A stretch of DNA of 64,000 nucleotides from Spirochaetaceae bacterium. Its GTDB lineage: Bacteria > Spirochaetota > Spirochaetia > DSM-2461. The notes beneath the pieces were generated by a model. The model saw only the letters and a program-made list of their open reading frames with translations, was not told the DNA's origin and did no database searches. Made by a program: the position numbers and the translations under genes. Positions 19,679-30,066 of this stretch are shown one piece after another. The stretch spans positions 2,336,001 to 2,400,000 of the forward strand of contig OZ245056.1 of the NCBI GenBank assembly GCA_965224705.1, read 5' to 3'. The first letter of the stretch is position 1; every line of letters starts with the position of its first letter.

Positions 19679-19705
19679 GTATCGGCAATGGGCCTGTAAT
19701 GATAA
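19679..19705 (-). promoter_or_regulatory. Candidate sigma-28 promoter of flgM
   Basis: Minus strand TTAT-N15-GCCGATAC upstream of the GGAG RBS; good -10 box, weak -35 box. Confidence 0.45.
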
Positions 19706-19746
19706 CCGACTCTATAAGAAAAAGTAACATTTTTCCCTTAAAAACA

Positions 19747-20424
19747 CTACTTCTCTTCGCCTGCAATGAGGACAATCTCACCCTTTATTGTATTCCTTCT
19801 GGAGAGTTTGGACAAGAGTTCCAGGGGTGTTCCTGACAGAAATTCTTCAAATTTTTTTGTTATTTCCCGGCCAATAAGGATTCTGCACGTTGGTGCAAGC
19901 TCCTCAAAGTCTTTAAGTAGACTGATAATACGGAATGGAGATTCATAGAGTATGAATACCATCGAAATCTGCAGAAGTTCTTTGAGGCGTTTTCGCCGTC
20001 TGCCGCTCTTCGGGGACAGGAATCCTTCGAAAACAAATCCCCTTGCGGCTATTCCGGCAACGCTCATCACGGCTGTTATCGCCGATGCACCAGGCAGTGG
20101 AACTATGTTATGTTCGGATTCCCTCACTATACGAACCAGCCGACTTCCGGGATCGCTTATGCACGGAGTTCCTGCATCGGAAACATAAGCCACATCATTT
20201 CCCTGGTTTAAGAGTTTCACTATGCCCCGGGCACTGTTCTCCTCATTGTGGGAACGGCAGCTCAGGAGCATGGATGGGGAAATCTCATAGTGCTCCAGGA
20301 GTTTCCGTGTTTGACGGGTATCTTCAGCCGCAATCACCTCCACACTCCCCAGTATCCGGACGGCTCTGTAGGTAATATCTTCCAGATTTCCGATTGGTGT
20401 TGCGGTTATATATAAAGTGGCCAT
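19747..20424 (-). CDS. rsmI: 16S rRNA (cytidine1402-2'-O)-methyltransferase
   Basis: LYITATPIGNLEDITYRA, AEDTR, SDAGTPCISDPG, YESPFR, REITKKFEE, KGEIV. Confidence 0.96.
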   Translation of the reverse strand: MATLYITATPIGNLEDITYRAVRILGSVEVIAAEDTRQTRKLLEHYEISPSMLLSCRSHNEENSARGIVKLLNQGNDVAYVSDAGTPCISDPGSRLVRIVRESEHNIVPLPGASAITAVMSVAGIAARGFVFEGFLSPKSGRRRKRLKELLQISMVFILYESPFRIISLLKDFEELAPTCRILIGREITKKFEEFLSGTPLELLSKLSRRNTIKGEIVLIAGEEK

Positions 20425-20438
20425 TGAATCAGTTTCAC

Positions 20439-22025
20439 CTATATATCCCAGATATCGCTGTACTCATGACGTTTTTCACAGTACTTGCAGGTAAATGTAT
20501 TGTCATGGCTGCGGTAGAAGTACGGTGGAATGTGCTGATAAGCTTCAGGCCAGGTGATGCAATCAGGATTTTTGCACGATATCTCAGAGAATTTGTAGAT
20601 TCTTGGCGGCATGGCAAGGCGGTACTTGGCCTTTACCGAATGATTTTCTATGAGATTGACCGTGCAATTCGGCGAAACGGCTGCCAGTTTCTTTAATTCA
20701 TATGGCTTCATTTCCATAACATCGGGGAGGGACATGATGCCTTTGAAGGAGTCAGAAGATCCCGTTGTATGAAAAACACCGTGAGATCCTCTGAGGTCAA
20801 GATTGAGTATACGGCGGATATTGTCTATTCGATCCCATATCTCCCGGGGAGGGCTGTCTCGGGAAATATGGTCGATCACGGTACCATTCTCCACAGGTTT
20901 AATTCCTACTTTGAACCGATCTTTGACATGAGTTTTCCGGGTTACCTTTATTCTTGTGATAAAGGGAGAGTTATTGTCTCTGGAAGCTATTGTCTGCCCG
21001 TTGAAATCGCTGCCCACCTGACCCGCAAGCATCGCTAATTCAATCACCCGGGTGAAGTAGCCATTGACACTCTGACTATCCCACCCATTTAACGGTGTTC
21101 GATCGAGGAATGAGGGGATGACAGGTGTTTTTCTGTGTCTGGGCAGGGGATGATAGAACCGGGTGGATGCAGGCAGCTTCGCCAGCCATTTCCTGTTAAA
21201 TGTGACAGACTGCCTCAATGCGGCTTCTTTATCCTTTATCTCGTCACCCATACGTTCAAGCTGCAGCCGGGTGAAATACCAACTGCTGCTCACTTCCCCG
21301 GATTTCAGATACTCAGCAATACTCGGCCATTCCCTGATTTCAAAGCCGTTATCCTTCATTCTTCTTTTGTAGTTTCCGGGAAGGGAAAGTTCCTCAGGGG
21401 CCACCAGATCAACGGTTACCGAGTTGAATATCCTGAGTCCATCAGTTTTGGAATGGATTGTACGTCCATGTCTGAGATCTCCAATCAGTGCAAGATGTAT
21501 GGAGGAGAAGTCCCAGTTTTGATGTTCAAGGAATGTGAATTCATCGAGAAACTCCTGTGTCGGGTGTTCATGCCGCCCATCACCGGCATTGATAAAAATG
21601 GGAACTTCCCGTCTGGATTTTTCGGCATAATCTCTCAACTCTTCTTCAAGAGCCCGGCACACACCCTCCATTCGGGTTCTCATGATGAAGATGGAGCTTC
21701 GACTGTATCCAAAAAGCATCTTCACAGTGTCGACAAGGCTCTCAGATTTAATAAACGATGATGAAGAGGCATCGAAAATGTTCAGTTTGACATCGTGAAA
21801 ATTGACTGCATTTCGAAATGATTCTTTAGTGCGTGTGGAATTCTCCAGAAACATGAGATATATACTGAGTTCCGGGTTGGTTATGCGATAGGCATCGAGA
21901 TTTTTTCCAGCCATCCAGTCGGTTTTGAACTCACGGGTTTTTTGATAAAGATATCGCTGCTCATCGACACTGAGGTCTGATACAACGGTAAGGGCACGTC
22001 CCTTAAAAGGATGATTATCAGGCAT
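20439..22025 (-). CDS. pyrBI: Fused aspartate carbamoyltransferase catalytic/regulatory subunit
   Basis: PyrB motifs (ENSTRTKESF, NAGDGRHEHPTQ, GDLRHGRTIHS, YFTRLQLER, YHPLPR) then PyrI motifs (VENGTVIDHI, CKNPDC...FTCKYCE). Confidence 0.92.
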   Translation of the reverse strand: MPDNHPFKGRALTVVSDLSVDEQRYLYQKTREFKTDWMAGKNLDAYRITNPELSIYLMFLENSTRTKESFRNAVNFHDVKLNIFDASSSSFIKSESLVDTVKMLFGYSRSSIFIMRTRMEGVCRALEEELRDYAEKSRREVPIFINAGDGRHEHPTQEFLDEFTFLEHQNWDFSSIHLALIGDLRHGRTIHSKTDGLRIFNSVTVDLVAPEELSLPGNYKRRMKDNGFEIREWPSIAEYLKSGEVSSSWYFTRLQLERMGDEIKDKEAALRQSVTFNRKWLAKLPASTRFYHPLPRHRKTPVIPSFLDRTPLNGWDSQSVNGYFTRVIELAMLAGQVGSDFNGQTIASRDNNSPFITRIKVTRKTHVKDRFKVGIKPVENGTVIDHISRDSPPREIWDRIDNIRRILNLDLRGSHGVFHTTGSSDSFKGIMSLPDVMEMKPYELKKLAAVSPNCTVNLIENHSVKAKYRLAMPPRIYKFSEISCKNPDCITWPEAYQHIPPYFYRSHDNTFTCKYCEKRHEYSDIWDI

Positions 22026-22032
22026 TTATGAC

Positions 22033-23565
22033 TTACTCCAATCCATCGACCGTCTCCAGGGTGGAACTTGATAACTGCAGGATGCCTCCATCAGAATCCT
22101 GAACATAGAGATCTGTCCTGTCAATGAATATGGAAGACCACGGTTCAACCGCAACAGGACTTATGGCTATTCTTTCCAGCTCCAGATTAAATTTCCCCAA
22201 TCGCCACTCATTGTTTTCTGATGTTATCAGATAGATGCTTCTATCATGAACTGTAATCAAACTACCAGGAAACACTTCATGGCTGCCTTCCTTCTTCGTT
22301 TCCAATGAGTTCTTATCCAATAACATGAGTTTTACCTGAGTCGTATCACTCGATTTACCTGCAATTACTATCAGAGTATCGGGTAAGAGTACAATTGAGC
22401 GTCCTCGAACAGAGGTCACATCACTGACAGCCATGTTTTCGCCAGCTTCTATATTGTGCTTCACAACTCTTCCGTAGGGGATTCCATTCCCTTCGTTGTC
22501 TACGGTAAGAAACCAGATTGATCGAGTTGATTCAATTTCAGGAGGTCTTTTTTCTGTTGTATCCAGCTTTGCCAGCTGTTTATTCTTATCTTCAGCAATA
22601 TCAGCACGCATATCCATGACATCATCCGTACGTTCATCAATCTTTTCCTGTTCTTCATCAACAGTTCTCTTCTCTTCCCTGAGTGCTTCCTTTTCTGCCT
22701 CCAGTTCTTTCTTTTTCTCTGACTCGGCTGGTGTCATTGCGCCTTCGTCTTCCTTTTCCTGGAGTTTTTTCAGATTTTCGCTAATCTGTTCATCCTTTTT
22801 TTCAAGTTCTTCGCGTTTTTTATCGAGTTCTTCCTGTTCCTTATCGAGTTCTTTTTCTCTCAACTCGACCATTTCCTCCCGGGGCTTCAGTCCCATATCC
22901 TCTTTTTCACGCAGATTTTCAATAACTTCATCCTCCGAAAGTGCTCCGGTATCAATCTTTGGATTCTGTATCCCCCCGCCGCGTAGAGGGATGAGCATCT
23001 GGGTTTGGCCAGGCCAGTTCGAGTAATGAGTATCCAGACCAATTCTGGCCGTACTCAATACCCTGCCTACCGGTGCTTTGTACCGTTCCTGGACGACTGA
23101 CAGGTTACCTCTGTGAACTGCGTTGTAGTAGGTTATAAATTCAGCGAGCAGCCAGGCATCCCTGCCAGGATATCCATATGTTTCTTCAAGAAATCCTGCA
23201 ATAATGTGACGGAGATTGACAACGTGATCCACAGCAGCATTTTCTTCAAGTATGAATACATCGGCATCCAGTCCTTCCGTGATTTCTGGACTTACAATAT
23301 GCCTGACACGATACTTCCCATTGATTGCAGCCTCACGGCTCAAAGCCGGTTCAATTTGTGAGCCAAGGCTGCGTCCAATATTCCGAATCTGCTCAAGGGT
23401 ATTCAAAAACTCATGCGGACCGACATAGTTGATAAAATCAATGTCTTGATTGCCTGTGCTGGCCAGTTCCTCTCTATCAATTTGAACGTCCTGCCCCAAT
23501 AAAGGAACGGCGGATAGTATCATCACAACAGGAAGGATGTACGGGTTCAGTTTTCTATGAAACAT
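22033..23565 (-). CDS. P83/100 family protein (spirochete-specific)
   Basis: Signal peptide; IDFINYVGPH, VDHVVNLRHIIAGFL, LAEFITYYNAVHRG, YSNWPGQTQMLIPL; charged coiled-coil middle. Confidence 0.8.
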   Translation of the reverse strand: MFHRKLNPYILPVVMILSAVPLLGQDVQIDREELASTGNQDIDFINYVGPHEFLNTLEQIRNIGRSLGSQIEPALSREAAINGKYRVRHIVSPEITEGLDADVFILEENAAVDHVVNLRHIIAGFLEETYGYPGRDAWLLAEFITYYNAVHRGNLSVVQERYKAPVGRVLSTARIGLDTHYSNWPGQTQMLIPLRGGGIQNPKIDTGALSEDEVIENLREKEDMGLKPREEMVELREKELDKEQEELDKKREELEKKDEQISENLKKLQEKEDEGAMTPAESEKKKELEAEKEALREEKRTVDEEQEKIDERTDDVMDMRADIAEDKNKQLAKLDTTEKRPPEIESTRSIWFLTVDNEGNGIPYGRVVKHNIEAGENMAVSDVTSVRGRSIVLLPDTLIVIAGKSSDTTQVKLMLLDKNSLETKKEGSHEVFPGSLITVHDRSIYLITSENNEWRLGKFNLELERIAISPVAVEPWSSIFIDRTDLYVQDSDGGILQLSSSTLETVDGLE

Positions 23566-23634
23566 GGTTGATCTCCTCTCAGGTATTATAGCTATAACGG
23601 CCAGGCATGTCTTAAAAATCAGATTATAGTATTC

Positions 23635-25347
23635 TCATCTTTTTTGCAGTCCGGTGGTTTCCCTTATAATATTGATGACTTTGTCTCGAGTTGCCTTATT
23701 GCCTGTATTGTTAATGAGATCCTCAATAAGAGAATAACCAGCAGAGTCTACTATTTTTCCATTGTAGCGGATTAATTCTACAAGGGCGAGGACTGTTTTT
23801 ATCGTTAACTGATTATCGCCTGGCGGAATAGATTTATACTTCTCAGCAATCAATCGCAGTGATGATCCATCCCAGTCCGTTCCTAATCGTCCTAATTCCT
23901 GAATTCCAATTCCTAATGCATGCGGATCAGATTCCTGCCGCAGGCATTGTTGAAGGAAAAATTTCGTACGAAAGTCGTGGCTTTTTCCCAGTAACTGATA
24001 GGCTCTTTCCCGTACCAGACCATAGGAGGTCGTTGATGATTCAGGCCTTACTTCGTGGTCAATCGTACCGGAAGCAGCAAGATCTCTTATCAGCAGATCA
24101 ACCCAGGGAAGTTTTTGATGCATTTCATATTCGCTTTCAAACGCTTCCAATTCCTCCAGCAAAGCAAGGCATTCCGTTACATCTTTTGAAAGCGCCATGC
24201 GTTCTCTTATGGCGAAAGCGGGTATCATTCGTGCTTCTTCCCTGTCGTACACAACAGGTTCTGAGGGAAAGGTGCCCGATCGTCGTGAATTGCCTCGAAA
24301 CTGACTCCACCCACCGCCGGGAACGGAACCTGTGTCCCAGGCATGAACAATCCAGTCGCTTCCTCCGGCGACAAGAATGCCTTCTTCCGTTATTAATGGT
24401 TCTGCAAGAATTGACTTCCCCCGCAGAATGAATTCTCCGCCATCAGCTTCCAATACATGAATACTGCCATCTGGAGTCGGCAGGAAAAAGCTGCCGGATT
24501 CCGATTTCGAGGGAGCTCCTCCGCTTACTTCCAATTGTTCCTGAGATAGAACAGTGCCATCCGTATCAAGTTTGAGAAGAGTTCCATCTCTGTAATACAC
24601 ATGTCCCTGGTTGTTTGTATCGGTGAATATTGCTGATACTCGTTCCCCCCTGGAAGGAAGTTTGAACTGAAGAAGTCTGTCAGCCGTGTATACAGTGAGA
24701 CTTCCCGAGGTACCGCCTGCCCAGAGGCGGCCCGATGAGTCCAGTGCAAGCAGGGATACAGATCCGTCATCTGTCAGTTCTCTGAAGATCTCTCCCCAGA
24801 TATTCACGCCAAGGATGCGTCCATCCAGGAGGGGGAGCCAGAAATTTCCTGATAGATCGACCACTGGTGCAGCCGATGATTCAACTGTAACATCTATTGT
24901 CCAGAGAATAACACCGAATCGGGAAACACAGATAATTCGACCATTGGAGAGAGGCAGTATCAATCTTCCATCAGGAGCAGCCGTCGGCAATGCTGCCATG
25001 TCTGACTTCATCAGAAGCTTCCATCGACCGGTACCTCCTGGAGTAACGGCGATAAGTTCCTGTCTGTCATTCTGAATATAGATTGTACCATCTGGTGCAG
25101 CCAGTAATGAATTGAGCAGCCTGCCCCCAGGCCTGTATATCCACTGGAGATCCCCTGTAAGAGGATGCAGGCTGTACAAAGCCCGGTCATCAGCAATTAT
25201 ATAAATACTGCCGTCAAGCCCCTGGGCAGGGTAAGCTGAGATTTTCCCACTCAGTGCTTTTTGCCACAGTGGTTCTGTATCAAACCCTGAAACAGGAGAG
25301 GTAAATACCAGGCAGTACACAGCCATCCCCAGCATCCATCGTGTCAC
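23635..25347 (-). CDS. Secreted PQQ-like beta-propeller repeat protein with helical C-terminal domain
   Basis: Signal peptide; repeated DGxIY...G...W blades; WSQFRGNSRRSG. Confidence 0.7.
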   Translation of the reverse strand: MTRWMLGMAVYCLVFTSPVSGFDTEPLWQKALSGKISAYPAQGLDGSIYIIADDRALYSLHPLTGDLQWIYRPGGRLLNSLLAAPDGTIYIQNDRQELIAVTPGGTGRWKLLMKSDMAALPTAAPDGRLILPLSNGRIICVSRFGVILWTIDVTVESSAAPVVDLSGNFWLPLLDGRILGVNIWGEIFRELTDDGSVSLLALDSSGRLWAGGTSGSLTVYTADRLLQFKLPSRGERVSAIFTDTNNQGHVYYRDGTLLKLDTDGTVLSQEQLEVSGGAPSKSESGSFFLPTPDGSIHVLEADGGEFILRGKSILAEPLITEEGILVAGGSDWIVHAWDTGSVPGGGWSQFRGNSRRSGTFPSEPVVYDREEARMIPAFAIRERMALSKDVTECLALLEELEAFESEYEMHQKLPWVDLLIRDLAASGTIDHEVRPESSTTSYGLVRERAYQLLGKSHDFRTKFFLQQCLRQESDPHALGIGIQELGRLGTDWDGSSLRLIAEKYKSIPPGDNQLTIKTVLALVELIRYNGKIVDSAGYSLIEDLINNTGNKATRDKVINIIRETTGLQKR

Positions 25348-26510
25348 CGACCGGACTCCAGTATTATAACCGTTTCCATATGAGGAGTCTGGGGATAAAG
25401 ATCAAAAAGACCGATGCGGGAGATGGAATAACCTGAATCCTTGAATTCTCTGATGTCCCGTGCAAGTGAAACAGGATTACATGAAACATAGGCAATGAGA
25501 GGGCAGCCAATTCCCAATAATCCATGGCGAACCCTGGCCGGTAATCCCCTCCGTGGAGGGTTCACCAGGATGAAATCGGGAGCGGAGATCCCGGGATTGC
25601 TTATCCAGTGCTCTACACGCATTGTGTGAAAAACTCCATTGCCTCCAGTATTCTTCATCCAGAACTCTTCGATCCCTGTGTCGGAGTCAACACCCACAAC
25701 CTGCTCGAATTCATCCGCAAGGAAGGCACCGAATAATCCTGCACCTCCGTAAAGATCCCATGCCAGACGGTTTTGCCTGCCATGACTGAAGGCGGCTGTC
25801 CCACCTGCTGCTTCAAGAATAAAGCGCACCAGTTCGTCCAGGGGAATGAGGTTGGATTGAAAAAAGGAAGAGGGCGGAAATCGAAATTTCTTCCCTGCAG
25901 CCTGAGCACAGGCTTCCGGATGTATGCCTTCTACCCAGAAGTTGTTTTCATCTCCAAAAACAATGAGTTCCTCTGGAGTATCTTCGTCAATGGTTGATAA
26001 TCCTTCTCTTAGAAATCTATTCACTCCGTCCGTTGCAACGGGACAGAAATCTACTGCAATCGGAGAATGACTTCGAGTTTCACGAAAGGCTGTCTTTCCG
26101 CTGGGCAAAATAATGGGTTTTATTCGAGAACGGCAGGCTCTGGGTTGGGAGGAGGTCAACGAAATCGAATCAGCAGGTTCAAGACTTATTCCGGCCTGCC
26201 TTTTCAGTGTCTCCCGAAGAATAAGCTCTTTGGATTTGAGCTGGGTCTGATAATCCATGTGCTGCCAGGAACAGCCTCCGCAGAAGGTATAGTATTGACA
26301 GAAAGGTTCACATCGATCGGGTGAGGATTCCAGTATTGTTGTATGGGAGCAGCGTGCCCAGTCTTTTTTTGTTTCAACAACGACCGCAGAAACAGTTTCG
26401 CCCATACATACTCCGGGTACAAAAACGGAACGTCCATCGACACGGATCAGTCCGTTGCCCCCTGAAATAATTTTTTCCACGATTCCCTGTACTCTCTGAC
26501 CGATGTGCAT
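25344..26510 (-). CDS. RlmD/TrmA-family RNA (uracil-5-)-methyltransferase with TRAM domain
   Basis: C...CGGCSWQH cluster motif, SFFQSN, DLYGGAGLF, NPPRRG, YVSCNP.SLARD, DLYPQTPHME. Confidence 0.88.
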   Translation of the reverse strand: MHIGQRVQGIVEKIISGGNGLIRVDGRSVFVPGVCMGETVSAVVVETKKDWARCSHTTILESSPDRCEPFCQYYTFCGGCSWQHMDYQTQLKSKELILRETLKRQAGISLEPADSISLTSSQPRACRSRIKPIILPSGKTAFRETRSHSPIAVDFCPVATDGVNRFLREGLSTIDEDTPEELIVFGDENNFWVEGIHPEACAQAAGKKFRFPPSSFFQSNLIPLDELVRFILEAAGGTAAFSHGRQNRLAWDLYGGAGLFGAFLADEFEQVVGVDSDTGIEEFWMKNTGGNGVFHTMRVEHWISNPGISAPDFILVNPPRRGLPARVRHGLLGIGCPLIAYVSCNPVSLARDIREFKDSGYSISRIGLFDLYPQTPHMETVIILESGR

Positions 26511-26570
26511 TCATTACAGTGTATGGATTATTGCTGTTTATTCAATGATGACCATCGGGATGCCTTACTT

Positions 26571-26712
26571 AGTGTCAGAAAGCTTGTTAACACAATGGAA
26601 ATCCGTATCCGGAAGCGAAATCTGGTCGTTGTGTCCCGCTGTATGTGAAGGTTCAGGAGGAAATTGGAATTCTGGGATGAGTTGAAGAGGGTTTTACAGG
26701 CTTTCTGACACC
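26571..26712 (+). mobile_element. MITE family A, internal-deletion derivative of the IS at 33006-36514
   Basis: Left 20 bp AGTGTCAGAAAGCTTGTTAA identical to the IS left end; last ~110 bp (CCGCTGTATGTGAAGGTT...GTTGAAGAGGGTTTTACAGGCTTTCTGACAC) match the IS right end. Confidence 0.9.
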
Positions 26713-26753
26713 TGGAAAGATGTCGATTTGAATTGCATCCGGCAGCTAAGGTC

Positions 26754-28211
26754 CTAATTGCGAGACCAGAAGGATGGACTTAGAAGGATGAGGACAGAAT
26801 AAACTTCCAGGCGGCCAACAAGCATGGCTGTTGAGAGAACCCATTTCACGACAGGGTGGAAAAAGGAATAGTTCATTGTTGGGCCGACTGAACCGAAACC
26901 AGGGCCTATGTTTCCTACTGTTGCCAGTGCAGTACTGAATCCTGTTATCAAATCGGAACCGAATGAGGTAACCACCAGAGTTGTTCCCAGCAGGCAGCAG
27001 ATGTACAGGATTATGAAACCGGATATGGAGTAAAGAAAATTCTCTTTTACCGAGTTGCCATCAAGTCTTACCTTGAATACGCCTCGTGGCCGGGCCATTA
27101 ATTTCATTTCAACCAGTGCCAGTTTGCAGAGTCCAATGATGCGAATGACTTTGGGACCACCGCCAGTTGAACCGGAGCAGCCTCCAATAAACATGAGGAA
27201 GAACAATACACCCTTTGCGGCCATGGGCCAAAGGTCAAAATCCGCAGTTGCATAACCCGTGGTTGTAATGATGGATGTGACCTGGAATCCAGCATATCTA
27301 AGGGATTCTGCAAAGCTGCCATAGGTATTCATCAGCGAATAAGAAACAAAAAGGACGGCCAGCACGATAACTGTCAGATAAACCTTTAGCTCGGTATTCC
27401 TGAATACATCTCTGATATTCCCATTGAGTAATTTGTGGTAGAGACCAAAATTCATGCCGGCCATAATCATGAATATAGTGATGATCCAGTCGATGTATGC
27501 TGAGTTGTAGGATCCCACACTGGAATTTCTTGGTGAGAATCCCCCAGTCGCCAGAGTGCCGAACGTATGAGTCAATGAGTCGAAAAGACTCATGCCTCCA
27601 ATCATGAGAAGGGAGGTTTCAAGTACAGTCAGTCCCAGGTAAATGAACCAGAGTATTTTAGCTGTCTGAGTGATCTTGGGAGCGACCTTGTCCAGAGTAG
27701 GACCTGGTGCCTCCGCCCGCATCAGCTGGACTCCTCCAACACCAAGGAAGGGAAGAACCGCCACGGTGAGAACAACGATTCCCATACCTCCCAGCCAGTG
27801 AGTAAGGGAACGCCAGAAAAGGACTGCACGAGGCAGAGATTCGATATCGGTGAGGATGGAGGCTCCGGTGGTAGTGAAACCGCTGATAGTTTCAAAAAAT
27901 GCATCAGTGCAGGATGGAATTGCTCTGGAGAGAACAAAGGGCACTGCTCCCACCGCCGAAGCACCCAGCCAGGCCAGTGTAACAAGTATAAAACCTTCCC
28001 GTGTTCTCAGGTGGATATTCTTTGTATGGTTTCGGGTGCTCCAATACACAATACCACTGAGAATCAGGGTAATTATAATGGTAATGCCAAAGGCTTTCGC
28101 GACTGTCAGATCATTGTCCAGTAATGCTATTCCAAGGGGTGCAAGCATGAACAGGGCAATTATTCCAAGCAGCAAAGTTGCCACATGGATAACAGGCAAC
28201 AGGCGTATCAT
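26754..28211 (-). CDS. trkH: Trk potassium uptake membrane protein
   Basis: FFETISGFTTTGAS, WLGGMGI, TLATGGFS, ITTTGYAT, GGCSGSTGGG, GNIGPG, GRLE. Confidence 0.95.
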   Translation of the reverse strand: MIRLLPVIHVATLLLGIIALFMLAPLGIALLDNDLTVAKAFGITIIITLILSGIVYWSTRNHTKNIHLRTREGFILVTLAWLGASAVGAVPFVLSRAIPSCTDAFFETISGFTTTGASILTDIESLPRAVLFWRSLTHWLGGMGIVVLTVAVLPFLGVGGVQLMRAEAPGPTLDKVAPKITQTAKILWFIYLGLTVLETSLLMIGGMSLFDSLTHTFGTLATGGFSPRNSSVGSYNSAYIDWIITIFMIMAGMNFGLYHKLLNGNIRDVFRNTELKVYLTVIVLAVLFVSYSLMNTYGSFAESLRYAGFQVTSIITTTGYATADFDLWPMAAKGVLFFLMFIGGCSGSTGGGPKVIRIIGLCKLALVEMKLMARPRGVFKVRLDGNSVKENFLYSISGFIILYICCLLGTTLVVTSFGSDLITGFSTALATVGNIGPGFGSVGPTMNYSFFHPVVKWVLSTAMLVGRLEVYSVLILLSPSFWSRN

Positions 28212-29623
28212 GTGCCGGCAACCGCTTCTTCGAGTTTTTTCACAGCTTCCCGTGGAGTAATAACGACCAGTCTGTCTCCTGCCAGTATTGTGAGATCTCC
28301 GCCGGGCAGTATGTAATTATCATTGCGATTAACAACCAGGATCAGACTGTCTTTAGGTAATTTCAAGGATTTTACTTTGGAACCAATCATGGGAGAGTTT
28401 TCATCGAGAAGAAAATCAATGATTTCAAAATCCGATCCAGCAATTGTGTAAACTCCGCGTATGTTTCCCCGGCGAAGAATACTCAATATGCTGTCGACCA
28501 TTGTATCCGTTACACTGACGGTAACATCAATATCCATTTCCTGGGCCATGGTTACATAAGAGGCCTTTCTGACCAGTGCAATGGTGCGGGCAATTCCATG
28601 ATTTCTGGCATACAGAGCACTGATTAAATTGAGCTCCTGGTTTCCGGTTGCACAAACCAGTAGATCGAATCCTTCCAGCAGTCCGGATTCACTCACCTCT
28701 TCATCCGATATGTCGGCATTTGTTACACTGGCATTCGGGTAAAGTTCGGCAAGCTCCCGGCTGATGTCATAATCCCTTTCAATGAAGTGAACACTGCGAG
28801 TTTTAAGACTGTGTTTGAATTGGCCCTTTATTCGGGATAATAATCCTGATTCTGAGTTGGATTCCTTTGAGTCGCCAATAAGGTAATCAGCGACATAACG
28901 GCTGATACGGCCGCCGCCAGCAATGGCGATTCTGCGAAGTTCCTGTCGATGAAGTTCAGCAGCATTGAGAAATACTTCTGTGCCGTTGGAGTCGGCAATT
29001 ATGTGTATCATGTCGCCAGCAAGTATTTTTGTCTCACCGGAAGGAACAATGGACTGCTCATTTCTCAGAATAAGCGGAACAAGAAAATCCACTTTGAGAG
29101 AAGCACGACTTTCCCTGATTGTTCTATCAACAAGGGAAGAATGTGATTCTACAGTAACACTGGTCATAGTAATTCCGGAGTCTCTGAAAGGATTCACAAT
29201 CCCGACTGCTCCTCTCTCCAGGGATCGAATCACAGCTCGGGCTGCTTCGACTTCAGGGTTGATAATATGGTCAATGCCATAGAGTCGCTGGCGTACCATG
29301 CGGGTGGTTGAGTAAGCAAGGTTGCGTACACGTGCCACAGTAACAGGTTCATTGTATTCCGCAGCGACGAGGGAACAGGAAATCATGTTTATTTCGTCAG
29401 ATTCCGTTACACTGACGAAGAAATCTGCATTTTTAACGTCGGCCTGCTGAAGCATGGGAAGGCTGTTTCCCTCTCCTACAAGTACCCGGCAATCCAGACG
29501 ATCATTTGCCTGGTCTGCTGACTGGGGATCTTTTTCTATGAGTGTAACCTCTTTCCCTTCGGATACAAGCTGCCGGGCCAAACGCCAGCCAACAAGCCCG
29601 GCCCCGAGAATCACCACATACAT
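28208..29623 (-). CDS. trkA: Trk system potassium uptake regulatory protein
   Basis: Two RCK N/C pairs; ILGAGLVG, IAGGGRI, INPE; overlaps the trkH start. Confidence 0.92.
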   Translation of the reverse strand: MYVVILGAGLVGWRLARQLVSEGKEVTLIEKDPQSADQANDRLDCRVLVGEGNSLPMLQQADVKNADFFVSVTESDEINMISCSLVAAEYNEPVTVARVRNLAYSTTRMVRQRLYGIDHIINPEVEAARAVIRSLERGAVGIVNPFRDSGITMTSVTVESHSSLVDRTIRESRASLKVDFLVPLILRNEQSIVPSGETKILAGDMIHIIADSNGTEVFLNAAELHRQELRRIAIAGGGRISRYVADYLIGDSKESNSESGLLSRIKGQFKHSLKTRSVHFIERDYDISRELAELYPNASVTNADISDEEVSESGLLEGFDLLVCATGNQELNLISALYARNHGIARTIALVRKASYVTMAQEMDIDVTVSVTDTMVDSILSILRRGNIRGVYTIAGSDFEIIDFLLDENSPMIGSKVKSLKLPKDSLILVVNRNDNYILPGGDLTILAGDRLVVITPREAVKKLEEAVAGT

Positions 29624-29668
29624 AGATCCAGCTTAACCTGACATGGTCTTGATTGTCGAGATGGGATA

Positions 29669-30046
29669 TTACCTGTCCGTATATTCATTGAGAACCCTGT
29701 TGAAGTTTTCAGTACCCTGGGTGATTTCCCTTTGCAAGTCATCAATTAGATTCTTAAGTTCACCCGGATCAAGCTTTTTCAGAGCATCCCTGCTGCGGCG
29801 ATTCAATTCTTGCTGCAGCTTCTCATTGTTAAAGGTGTCTGTGATATCATTGAGAAATCGGTCAGCAGCATCATTGATAACCGGTGCAGATCCAATCACG
29901 ATTTCCTTTGATTTTCTTTTTAGATCCATGCCAGTAGATTCCTCTATTGTGACAAAGAATTTGTTCCGCTTGACCGGATCTGATAAATGCGAGTAGGCAA
30001 GCAGTCCCACAGCAACAAGGCATAACAACCATAGAATTCTTCTCAT
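29669..30046 (-). CDS. Hypothetical protein with N-terminal signal/anchor
   Basis: AGGAG RBS, hydrophobic N-terminus, co-oriented between valS and trkA. Confidence 0.65.
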   Translation of the reverse strand: MRRILWLLCLVAVGLLAYSHLSDPVKRNKFFVTIEESTGMDLKRKSKEIVIGSAPVINDAADRFLNDITDTFNNEKLQQELNRRSRDALKKLDPGELKNLIDDLQREITQGTENFNRVLNEYTDR

Positions 30047-30066
30047 CTGGACATCTCCTGTTTACC

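Noticed and set aside
25344..26510. NPPR instead of DPPR in the RNA methyltransferase
   Set aside because: A single conservative change with the catalytic Cys and Glu motifs intact; not enough to claim altered function.
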